Positions 8,780 through 17,500 of a stretch of DNA of 64,000 nt are shown piece after piece (position 1 is the stretch's first letter; each line of letters begins with the position of its first letter). A model generated the notes under the pieces. It saw nothing but the letters and a program-made list of their open reading frames with translations. It did not search any database and was not told where the DNA came from. Both the position numbers and the translations under genes were made by a program. Source of the stretch: an uncultured Planctomycetia bacterium (GTDB lineage Bacteria > Omnitrophota > Gorgyraeia > 1-14-0-20-64-10); assembly GCA_964373715.1 (NCBI GenBank), contig CAYJVR010000002.1, forward strand, positions 182,937 to 246,936, read 5' to 3'.

Positions 8780-10006
8780 ATGGCCACCTTCCGTTACAAG
8801 GCCAGAGACAAAAAAGGGTCTCCGTTTGTCTCGACAGTCGAGGCGGACAGTCCGAAAGAGGTAGCCGACCTCTTGCGCAAGCAGGGACTCCAGATTATTT
8901 ATCTCGAAGAGCCTCAAAAAGATTATTCCGCCGCGCTTTATCAAGGGGTTCTTCAGCGCCTCAAGGCGGCCTCCCGTCCGGTCGAAGTTGTTCTGTTCAC
9001 GCGCCAGCTTGCGCTCATGGTCAGGGCGGGGTTGCCGCTGGTGGACGGCATCGAAGGGATTGCACAGCAGGACATTTCGCCGGCGCTGAAGATGGTGATT
9101 GGCTCTTTAAGCGAGAATCTCCGTTCCGGGAAAGCTTTCTCCGAGGCGCTCAGCCAGCACCCGGCCTTTTTCCCTGCATTCTATGTCAGCATGGTGAAGT
9201 CTGGCGAAACCGCGGGTATTCTCGAGGAGGTGCTGGAACGTTTGGCCGACATCGGCGAGAGAGGTATGGAATTGAAGGGGCGCGTCCGCGCCGCCTTGGC
9301 CTATCCGGTCCTGTTGGTCTTCCTTTCCTGCGGGATTGTGACTTTTTTGCTGGTCCATGTCCTGCCGAGATTTTTCCTGATTTTTGAAGAGTCGGGCGTT
9401 GTTCTTCCGCTGCCGACGAGGATACTGCTGGCGGTTAGTTTCTTGTTGCAGAAATGTTGGTTTCTCGTTCCACTCGGGTTGATCGCTGTTTTCTACGGTT
9501 TTCTCAAGATGAAGGCCAGGCCCGAAGGGCGTTACCGGATTGACGAGGCGATTTTGAGAATCCCTTTTTTGGGTCCCTTGCTTTTAAGAACGGTTTTTGC
9601 CCGCGCGTTCGGGATCATGGCCTCCCTTTTGAAAAGCGGGATCGCCGTTGTGCCGGCGCTTATCGTGGTGGAGGACCTGGTTGGCAATCAGGCGGTGGCC
9701 CGGGCCCTCGTTCGGGTCCGGGAGGCGGTGGTCGGGGGGGCCTCTCTCTCCGCGCCGTTTAGGGCGGAGAAGATATTCCCGCCGACAATCTCCCAGCTGG
9801 TTTCTGTCGGAGAAAGGACCGGATCGCTGGACGAAACGTTCAGGCACCTGGGGAATTATTATGAGAGAGAGGTGGAGCGGGCTTTGCGGATGATGACTTC
9901 GGTGCTCGAGCCTCTATTGCTGCTGGTGGTCGGTTCGCTCGTGGCCTTCATCGCCCTGTCGGTGCTGCTGCCGATATTCCAGTTGATCAAGGTCTTCAGA
10001 AGATAG
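8780..10006 (+). CDS. pilC: Type IV pilus platform protein PilC (GspF family)
   Basis: N-terminal MATFRYKARDKKG...VEADSPKEVADLLRKQGL is PilC-like. Two T2SS-F repeats and three predicted TM segments are present. Confidence 0.85.
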   Translation: MATFRYKARDKKGSPFVSTVEADSPKEVADLLRKQGLQIIYLEEPQKDYSAALYQGVLQRLKAASRPVEVVLFTRQLALMVRAGLPLVDGIEGIAQQDISPALKMVIGSLSENLRSGKAFSEALSQHPAFFPAFYVSMVKSGETAGILEEVLERLADIGERGMELKGRVRAALAYPVLLVFLSCGIVTFLLVHVLPRFFLIFEESGVVLPLPTRILLAVSFLLQKCWFLVPLGLIAVFYGFLKMKARPEGRYRIDEAILRIPFLGPLLLRTVFARAFGIMASLLKSGIAVVPALIVVEDLVGNQAVARALVRVREAVVGGASLSAPFRAEKIFPPTISQLVSVGERTGSLDETFRHLGNYYEREVERALRMMTSVLEPLLLLVVGSLVAFIALSVLLPIFQLIKVFRR

Positions 10007-10047
10007 AGGTTCCGGTCTTTTAACGGTTTTTATGGGAGGAGAATCGG

Positions 10048-10494
10048 ATGAAGCAACGGGGATTCACTCTGATGGAATTGCTGATCGTCATGACGATTAT
10101 CGCCATCCTTGCGGCGGCGATCATTCCGAATTTCATCGGGTTTGACGCCGAAGCTAAGGTAGCGGCCACAAAGTCGAATCTGGATACCCTGCGGTCGCGT
10201 GTGACTCTCTTTCGAGCGAAGGAGGGGAGATACCCGTCCTCTTTGGAGGAGCTGGTGCAGAAGTCGTATCTCGATGCCGGCGTCAAACGTCCTTACCTCA
10301 AGAAGATCCCTCTGGAGTTGGTGTCGAGCAAAAAAGGGAGCAGTGCCTCCGCTACGAGCACTTCGGAGGAATCCCTAGCCAACACCGGCGGCTGGGTCTA
10401 TGTCTCCGATACGGCCGAGATCCGGATCAACGTGTCGGAGCCTCTCGATAAATCATGGGGGGAATATGCCGGGCAAGTTCCCGCCGACTGGTAA
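10048..10494 (+). CDS. Type IV pilin with a class III prepilin signal (candidate major pilin)
   Basis: Leader MKQRG, then FTLMELLIVMTIIAILAAAIIPNF. This is the G|FTLxE prepilin peptidase site with Glu at +5. 148 aa. Confidence 0.75.
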   Translation: MKQRGFTLMELLIVMTIIAILAAAIIPNFIGFDAEAKVAATKSNLDTLRSRVTLFRAKEGRYPSSLEELVQKSYLDAGVKRPYLKKIPLELVSSKKGSSASATSTSEESLANTGGWVYVSDTAEIRINVSEPLDKSWGEYAGQVPADW

Positions 10495-10855
10495 CGCTGC
10501 CTCTTCGGTGCGATCTGAGAAAGGGGTGGCGTTGATCATAACCATTATTATTCTGCTGACGCTGGGGGCGCTCGGGGCCGCGCTCAGCGGTATGGTTAAT
10601 TCCCGCGTTCTTTCAGCCACCCTTGAGGTTGAACGGCTTCAGGCAGCCTATCTGGCGGAGGCTGGTTTGGCCAAGGCCCTCTATGAAATCTCGAATGACC
10701 GGGATATCTCGGGCAAGGACGGCATAGGCAAGATTCCGCCGACTCCGTACGGCCCCGGGTTTTTCCTGGTGGAGCATGACCCCGATAGCAGAAGCCTCCT
10801 CGGCATGGGTGTGGTGGGGGATGTGCGGCGCGTGATTGTTTCCCAATACGAATGA
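10463..10855 (+). CDS. Minor pilin-like protein (PilX N-terminal-like hydrophobic segment)
   Basis: EKGVALIITIIILLTLGALGAALSGMVNSRVLSATLEVERLQAAYLAEAGL resembles PilX/GspK-type N-termini. The start is uncertain (ATG at 10463, or a TTG near 10528). The gene overlaps the upstream pilin gene. Confidence 0.5.
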   Translation, partial: NMPGKFPPTGNAASSVRSEKGVALIITIIILLTLGALGAALSGMVNSRVLSATLEVERLQAAYLAEAGLAKALYEISNDRDISGKDGIGKIPPTPYGPGFFLVEHDPDSRSLLGMGVVGDVRRVIVSQYE

Positions 10856-10887
10856 CCCCACCACCTCTTTCAAAAGGTGGTGAGGTG

Positions 10888-11265
10888 ATGAAGAACGGTT
10901 CCTGCCGCGGGTTCACCTTCATCGAGGTGTTGATCACCCTCTTCATTTTGGCGGTTGCTGTGGCCCCCCTCATGCAGCTGTATGCTACCGCCGTCGAGCA
11001 GATCGGCTACACGGATGATGTGAGCACCGCGCTTGATCTGGCGAGGGAAGAGATTGAGAAGGTGAAGAACCTGGCCCTGACCGAAAGGCAGATCAAACAG
11101 ATGGGCAACATCATCAGCCCGCCCATCCGCCTTCAGAAAAGAACTTGGTACACAGTCCGGGTTGTGGATCCCGATCTGACCCCGCTGGAGGTCCAGGTCT
11201 ACGTTTACCGGGAGAAACTGAACGGCCCTCCGGTGGTCCAGCTGATGACGATTGTGAATAAATGA
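10888..11265 (+). CDS. Minor pseudopilin with a prepilin signal
   Basis: Leader MKNGSCRG, then FTFIEVLITLFILAVAVAPL. A GGTGAGG RBS lies 3 nt upstream. The track ORF starts earlier at 10852, but that start sits inside a hairpin. Confidence 0.6.
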   Translation: MKNGSCRGFTFIEVLITLFILAVAVAPLMQLYATAVEQIGYTDDVSTALDLAREEIEKVKNLALTERQIKQMGNIISPPIRLQKRTWYTVRVVDPDLTPLEVQVYVYREKLNGPPVVQLMTIVNK

Positions 11266-12536
11266 AAAAGAGTTTATCCGCCGGGGTCACCCCACCACTT
11301 ACGTTGAGCTTAAGTGGTGGGGTGACCCTGGTTGAGCTGCTTGTTTCGCTGGCGGTCCTCGGGATCATCGGCGGCGTCAATGGAGCTATCCTTTCAGCGG
11401 GGCTCGATTCCTGGAGCCATATCCAGCAGCAGCTGTCGCTCCAGCAGGTATCGGATGAAACGATGGGGATGCTGATGGAAGGAGGTTTTGACGAACAGGG
11501 GCTGCGCGACGCGGTGGAGCTGAAGGAGGCGCGGACCGAACAGATGGCGTTCGTTCCCCTGTGGATTGATCTCTCGCACAAGCCGAACCCGATCTTGAAC
11601 AAAGGGCAGAGGTTTATCCTGGAGAAGCAGTTTAAAACCGGCGCGGCGATTCCGGTCGGCCAGGTCCGCTTGCCTGAGAGCGATGAGTGGCAGACAGTGC
11701 CGGTGGCGTTCGAGAGCAGTCCCGGGCTTGACCCGAAACACCCGGATGACGCTGTCACCTTTCTGAACCCGATCCCGCTTGGCAGCGCGATACGGGTCAT
11801 TTACACGCCCGACGCCTCCGTGCATCCGGAGACGGTCATGGCATTTCGCTTCGATCCGGAATCGAAGAAGATTTTTCGCTCGTATTCGGGAAAAACCGAG
11901 ATGATCCCGAAACGCCTGCAAGGGGTGGAGACGGACCGGCTGGCGTTCCTCTATTACGACAACTTGAACCGGCTGCTCCCGTCAAACCGCTCCCCGGGTT
12001 CTTCGGAACTTCGGCGGATAACCGGCGTGAAGGTTTACCTGGCCTTCTCCAAGAATCAGGAGAGACGGGAAAGCACCTCCTTCACGAATGTCCGGAACGT
12101 CCAGACGCTCGGCGTGACGATCTCGAAAGGATCGGTCGTCCCGATTTCCGGCCCTCAGGCGGTTCGGGCGTTCTCGATGGGGGATCTTTCCGGGCTGACA
12201 AAAAGGGAAGGCACGGTGGAACTGGCCGTCAAATCCCAGGGGCGTTTCCGCTGGAAGATCCGCTTGCAGTTTCGGGCGGGAGAGGATTCTTCCCGGTTGG
12301 TCTTGGAGCGGTTTGAGATCCAAGCGCCGATCGGACAGATCCGGACCTCCGGCATCGTTAACCAGCCTGTTTCCCGGAGCGAGTTCGTAGATTTGATGAG
12401 CATAGACCGTACGGGCCTGTTTGATTACGATGACGATGAGGATATTTCAGACACGATTGTTGTGCCGGAGGGGCCGAATTTCCTGGAGGTGACGGAATGC
12501 GATTTCGAAACAGCGGCGTTATTCATAAGGCCATAA
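11262..12536 (+). CDS. Large (424 aa) prepilin-type protein, a candidate minor or tip pilin
   Basis: ...SGG|VTLVELLVSLAVLGIIGG is a prepilin cleavage motif followed by a 400-aa globular region. The true start is ambiguous: the ATG at 11262 or a TTG at 11304 that would give the leader MSLSGG. Confidence 0.55.
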   Translation: MKKSLSAGVTPPLTLSLSGGVTLVELLVSLAVLGIIGGVNGAILSAGLDSWSHIQQQLSLQQVSDETMGMLMEGGFDEQGLRDAVELKEARTEQMAFVPLWIDLSHKPNPILNKGQRFILEKQFKTGAAIPVGQVRLPESDEWQTVPVAFESSPGLDPKHPDDAVTFLNPIPLGSAIRVIYTPDASVHPETVMAFRFDPESKKIFRSYSGKTEMIPKRLQGVETDRLAFLYYDNLNRLLPSNRSPGSSELRRITGVKVYLAFSKNQERRESTSFTNVRNVQTLGVTISKGSVVPISGPQAVRAFSMGDLSGLTKREGTVELAVKSQGRFRWKIRLQFRAGEDSSRLVLERFEIQAPIGQIRTSGIVNQPVSRSEFVDLMSIDRTGLFDYDDDEDISDTIVVPEGPNFLEVTECDFETAALFIRP

Positions 12537-12562
12537 TCGGTTCTCATCAGGAGGTAAGGACG

Positions 12563-12928
12563 ATGAAAAGGAGAGCGGTCAGTATTATCACGCTGGTCGC
12601 GGTGATGTCAGCGGTGTCTCCGGCGTACGCCGATAACGACAATCCGTTCCGGAAATTTACCCGGGGGCTGACGAACATCGTTACCGGATGGCTCGAGGTG
12701 CCGGTCCAGATCTCCCGCGTGACCGAATCGGAAGGAAGCATTTCCGGTTCCACGGTCGGGTTCGTCAAGGGGTTGCTTTTCGGGATCGGCCGCACCGGCG
12801 TCGGGGTTCTGGAGGCGGTGACCTTCCTGCTTCCAAACCATGTCTCCGGCGACGGAGCGAACGAGCAGGCGTACGGCCCGATTGTGACCCCGGAGTTTGT
12901 GGTCTTCCGGTCGAGTGACATCGAATAA
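12563..12928 (+). CDS. Small secreted protein (signal peptide, about 121 aa), function unknown
   Basis: MKRRAVSIITLVAVMSAVSPAYA|DN signal peptide. Possibly of the exosortase-associated small-protein type, but I cannot verify this. Confidence 0.4.
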   Translation: MKRRAVSIITLVAVMSAVSPAYADNDNPFRKFTRGLTNIVTGWLEVPVQISRVTESEGSISGSTVGFVKGLLFGIGRTGVGVLEAVTFLLPNHVSGDGANEQAYGPIVTPEFVVFRSSDIE

Positions 12929-13499
12929 GGAAGCGGAACTTGTAACTCGCGCCCGCAGCGGGGACCGGGAAGCGTTCGCCGAGCTGATAGAGCCTTACCG
13001 GGACCGCCTCTACGCGATGGTGTTCGGGCTTCTAGGCAACCGGCAGGACGCCGAGGAGGTCTGCCAGGAGGCTTTCTTGAAGACCTTCTGGAAGATCGCC
13101 GGGTTCCGGGGGGATGCCCTGTTCTATACCTGGCTTTACCGGGTCGCGCTCAACCTCTGCTACAGGCGGCTCAAAACACGGAGGACGGAACCGGCCCCGT
13201 TTTCCTCCCTTGGTGCCGCGGAGGAGGAGGGTACGGAACCGAAAGGCCAGCCGGTGGATCCTGCCGGCTCCCCTCGTGAAGAGGCGCAGAAGAGGGAGCG
13301 GGCGGCGCTGGTGCGCCGCGCGATGGCGAAGCTGAAACCGGCCGATTTCAAGATGCTGGTTTTCAGGGAGTTTGAGGAGCTTTCCTACGATGAGATCGCC
13401 CGCCGGTTGGGGATTCCCAAGGGGACGGTAATGTCCAGGCTCCACAGGGCCCGTCTCGCGCTGGCTGCCTATTTGGCAAAATGTGGAATTGCACCATAG
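12897..13499 (+). CDS. ECF-type RNA polymerase sigma-70 factor
   Basis: ELVTRARSGDREAFAELIEPYRDRLYAMVFGLLGNRQDAEEVCQEAFLKTFWKIAGFRG (region 2) and SYDEIARRLGIPKGTVMSRLHRARLAL (region 4). The start is uncertain (TTG at 12897 or GTG at 12915). Confidence 0.8.
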   Translation: MWSSGRVTSNKEAELVTRARSGDREAFAELIEPYRDRLYAMVFGLLGNRQDAEEVCQEAFLKTFWKIAGFRGDALFYTWLYRVALNLCYRRLKTRRTEPAPFSSLGAAEEEGTEPKGQPVDPAGSPREEAQKRERAALVRRAMAKLKPADFKMLVFREFEELSYDEIARRLGIPKGTVMSRLHRARLALAAYLAKCGIAP

Positions 13500-13579
13500 G
13501 ATAGAGGGAAGCCCGCGTCGGTTTTTTGGAATTTCCGCCCCTGCGGGGTATCTAATAGGGTGAAAGGGGAAAAACGGCG

Positions 13580-14509
13580 ATGAGATGCGGGGAGATTCAA
13601 GAGAGGTTGTCCGGTTGGATGGATGGGGAACTTTCCGGGGCGGAATCCTCGGAGGTGAAACTCCATCTCGGGGATTGCCCGGAGTGCAGCCGTATTCACG
13701 AATCGGTGAAACAGGCCTCGCACGCCTGCACGGCGATGAAAAGCCCCGTCCCCGCTGTTCCCGGAAATCTGCTGGAAAAGGTCCGGAACGTCCCGCAGTG
13801 GAAGATCCGGGCGGTTGTTTTCCGCCGCCCGCTTATTGCCGGGGCGCTGATTGGTTTGGCGGCCGGGGTTGTGAACATGGTTTCTTATCTGTCGGATCCT
13901 GTTCCGGTGGCGATGACCTACCGGTCGGGAGACAAGGTTGCCAGCGTGGTGAACACGCTGGTTCTTTTCCCGGGGATGAAAATTTCCACGCAGGAGAATG
14001 AGGAGGTGGAAGTCAGCATTCCCTCGGGGGCCGGATGGATCCGGCTCCACAGCCAGAGTTCCCTTTCTGTGCGGCGCGCCGGCATCCGGAAAATCGGCGG
14101 CCTACATGCTGTGGAACTAGAGCTTCCGAAAGGGGCGGTGTCGCTTTGGTTCCGTCCGGGGATCTTTCCTCACGACCTCAGGCTTGCCACTTCGCAGGCG
14201 ATGATCTGGCTGACCGGAACATGGGTTGAGGTCCATGCGATAGCCGGTTTGACCCGTGTCCGTGTTTTAAACGGGTTTGCCAGCGTCCGGAACCGGGCGA
14301 CCGGCGAACGGATGATTGTTCCGGCCGGAAATTGTGCCGAAATAGGGAGAAGGACATTCGCCCTCCGGAAGATTGTGGTAAAGAATCCGGAAACAGTTCC
14401 ATCTCTGGTAACAGGGCCGACAACAGGGCAAGGTGATCAGCAGGAAAAACCCCCGGGAGAAAATGGGCCAAACCCCGATTCTCCCCTTTGGTATGAGGTG
14501 GAAAAATGA
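13580..14509 (+). CDS. Anti-sigma factor (zf-HC2 N-terminal domain, a TM helix, FecR-like C-terminal domain)
   Basis: CGEIQERLSGWMDGELSGAESSEVKLHLGDCPECSRIHE is the RskA/ChrR-type zinc-finger anti-sigma motif. A TM helix RPLIAGALIGLAAGVV follows. The gene sits directly after the ECF sigma gene. Confidence 0.7.
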   Translation: MRCGEIQERLSGWMDGELSGAESSEVKLHLGDCPECSRIHESVKQASHACTAMKSPVPAVPGNLLEKVRNVPQWKIRAVVFRRPLIAGALIGLAAGVVNMVSYLSDPVPVAMTYRSGDKVASVVNTLVLFPGMKISTQENEEVEVSIPSGAGWIRLHSQSSLSVRRAGIRKIGGLHAVELELPKGAVSLWFRPGIFPHDLRLATSQAMIWLTGTWVEVHAIAGLTRVRVLNGFASVRNRATGERMIVPAGNCAEIGRRTFALRKIVVKNPETVPSLVTGPTTGQGDQQEKPPGENGPNPDSPLWYEVEK

Positions 14510-17500
14510 GACCGCGGTTTTCCCTGATCTTTTTCCTGGCGCTGGCGGTTCTGATTGTTTCCGGCGGGGCCGCCGAGGCGGCGACCCGCACCTGGGACGG
14601 CGGGGGCGGCGCGGACACCAACTGGAACACCGCGGCCAACTGGAGTTCAAACTCGATCCCAGGCTCTTCCGATACTGCCCGCTTTGACAACTCCAGCAGC
14701 AACAACTGCACGATCAACGTGAACATCGATGTGCAGGGAATCGACATCCGCAGTACCTACACCGGCACGATCACGCAGTCTTCGGGCAAAACGGTTACTG
14801 TCGGAACCGCCGATTTCAGCCAGGCGGGCGGCACATTCACGGGCGGCGATTCCACGATTGACTGCAACGACCGGTTCACCCTCTCCGGAGGCACATTTAC
14901 CGCCACCTCCGGCACTCTCTTTGTAGATGATAACTTTACGGTCAGCGGCGGCACCTTCACTCATAATTCCGGCACCGTTACGCTGGATGGAGGGGGCGCC
15001 ACGGCCAGCATCGGGAGCGCTATTCTCAACCATCTGACTCTCGTCAAAGGGAGCAACGATCTGGCTGTCACCGGGACGCTGGATGTGAACGGAAATCTGA
15101 CGATCACCTCCGTCGGGCAGATCAACACCGGCACAATCTCCGTCGCGGTGGATGTGACGACCAGCGACACAGCTGTGACCGGTTCCGGCACCATTCAATT
15201 TGACGGCACAGGCGGCCAGACCCTGGCGGCGGGCGGAGGAACTGGCCAGCTGCCCAAAGTGACGGTCAACAAGAGCGGCGGCACGCTGACGATCCAGGAC
15301 ACGATCGGGGTGACCGGCGGCTGGACCTATACGGCGGGAACGGTGGATTCGGGGACAAGCACGGTCCAATTTGCGACGAGTGCCCAGACCGTGAATTCCG
15401 GAGCGATGTCGTTCAAAAATGTGGAGATTGCGACAGGCACGAACAACTTGACTGTGACCGGCACGATGGATGTGAACGGGAATTTGACGATCACTTCCGT
15501 GGGGAGCATCAACACCGGTACGATCACGATAGCCGGCAACCTGACCACTACCGACACCGCGGTCGCCGGTACGGCAGGGATCACGCTGGACGGGACCGGC
15601 AGTCAGACGCTGGGGGCGGACGGCGGAACGGGGCAGCTGCCGCGGCTCACGATCAACAAAAGCGGGGGGACCTTGACGATCCAGGATACGATCGAATCGG
15701 TCGGCAACTGGACCTACACCGCCGGGACGGTCAACGCCGGCACCAGCACCGTCCGGTTCGCGACGAACGCCGTCACGGTTAGTTCGGGGACGATGGTTTT
15801 CAACAATGTGGCGATTGCTACCGGCGGAAATAACCTGATCGTGACCGGCACGATGGATGTGAACGGGAACCTCACGATCACTTCAGTCGGCAACATCAAC
15901 ACCGGCACAATCACGGTGGCGGGGAACCTCACCTCGAACGACACCAGTTTAGGGGGGACCGGCACGATCAAACTGGACGGCACCGGCACTCAGACGATTT
16001 CTGCCGCTGCCGGAGGCCAAATTCCGATCATTGCCATTGATAAATCGGCTGGTACCGCCCAGTTGGGAAGCACTGGTACATTCGTCTCGACCTTCACGAT
16101 CACCAACGGGACATTCAGCCAAGGGGCCAGCTTCAACCTGACCGTCACCGGAGCTACCACGGTCGCCGCGGGGGGGGTCTTCACGAATACTGGCACGGGG
16201 GACCTGACGCTCGGCGGGAATGTGAGCAACAGCGGCATCATCAGTTTTGACGCGAACGGGGGGGGTAGCGGAGCCGACGATATTCTTATCCGTTCCACCG
16301 CTGTCACCCAGCGGACATGGTCCGGCGCGGGCACATTCACGATGGTGGATGTGGATGTGCAGAGGCAGGGGGTTGGGGCCACGCCGGGAATCATCACCGT
16401 TATTTCCGGAACAGACAGCGGGAACAATACCAACTGGAGTTTCGGGCAGGCCGCGCCGGTCCTTTACTTGAAGCTTGATGACGGGGGCGGTTTGACCGCG
16501 GCCGACTCGAGCGGCAACGGGTTTAACGGGACCCTGCTCGGAGGGGCCCTCTGGAGCAGCGCGACGCATGCCCCGCTGACGGTTTCTGATCCCTACAGCG
16601 TCAGTTTTGACGGGGTGGACGACAGCGTCAGCGTGACGAGCGCCGCGCTGCTCAATCCAGGGCTTTCTTTCACGATCAGCGGCTGGGTTTACCCGAACGC
16701 CACCGCCAGCGGCATCCTCCTGGCCAAATGGAACACCACCGGCAATGCCCGGCAATACAGCCTTGACTTGAGCAGCAACAAGCTCCGTTTCCAGGTGAGC
16801 ACCAACGGCCAATCCGGCACCATACGCAGTGTGACCTCCAGCGGCAACGTGACGGCCGGTATCTGGACGCATGTGGCGGCCGTTTATGCCGGCGATGAGA
16901 TGCACGTCTATATTGACGGGACGAAGACCTCCTCTACCGGATTGAGCACGTCGAGCGCTTTCTCGAGTACCCCTGCTTTACGGCTGGCCCGGGACGAGCA
17001 GGGGACCTTTTTAAACGGTTTTATTGACGAGGTCCGCTTGTACAACATCCCGCTGAGCGACGCCGAGATCAGCGCGCTGGCGCAAAGGGATTCGACGCCG
17101 CCGTCTAAACCTCTGAACCTGATTCTTGCTGCTAACGCCGACAAGACGCAGATCACCGCCACAGTGACCGCTCCGTCCGACAGCGACGTCTCGGAGCTGA
17201 TCTGGCGGTATACCGCGGTGGATGGTGACACTACCCCCTCGTATCCCTCTACCCCGACGTCAGGAACCTCTTTGGGCGATGGGGTGACTACCGATGTGAC
17301 CCCCTCCTCCAACCAGACGAAGATCCAGGGATCACTCGCCCAGTTGAAAACCTACGGTGTGGCGGTCTGGGCGAAAGACGTGGCGGGCAACATCAGCGCC
17401 GAGGCGGCGAAGGCCTCTTTATACCTGTCGCCCCCGAGCCCCCGTTTGGTGATTACGCCGGCAACCGGCGAGTCATCCATTGAAGCCGGTTCAACCAAGA

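Noticed and set aside
7322-8944. 540-aa minus-strand ORF antisense to pilQ
   Set aside because: Arg/Leu/Gly-rich low-complexity translation typical of antisense high-GC coding DNA. The plus strand encodes a full-length secretin with all conserved motifs.
12440-12560. ECF-type promoter upstream of the small secreted-protein and first sigma genes (GGAAT...CGTTA)
   Set aside because: The spacing (18 nt) and the -10 element do not fit the sigmaE or sigmaW consensus well enough to call.
15061-16020. Regularly spaced repeats that could be taken for a CRISPR-like array
   Set aside because: The period is about 387 bp and the units are in-frame protein-coding repeats of the beta-strand-repeat adhesin. 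There are no short direct repeats with unique spacers.
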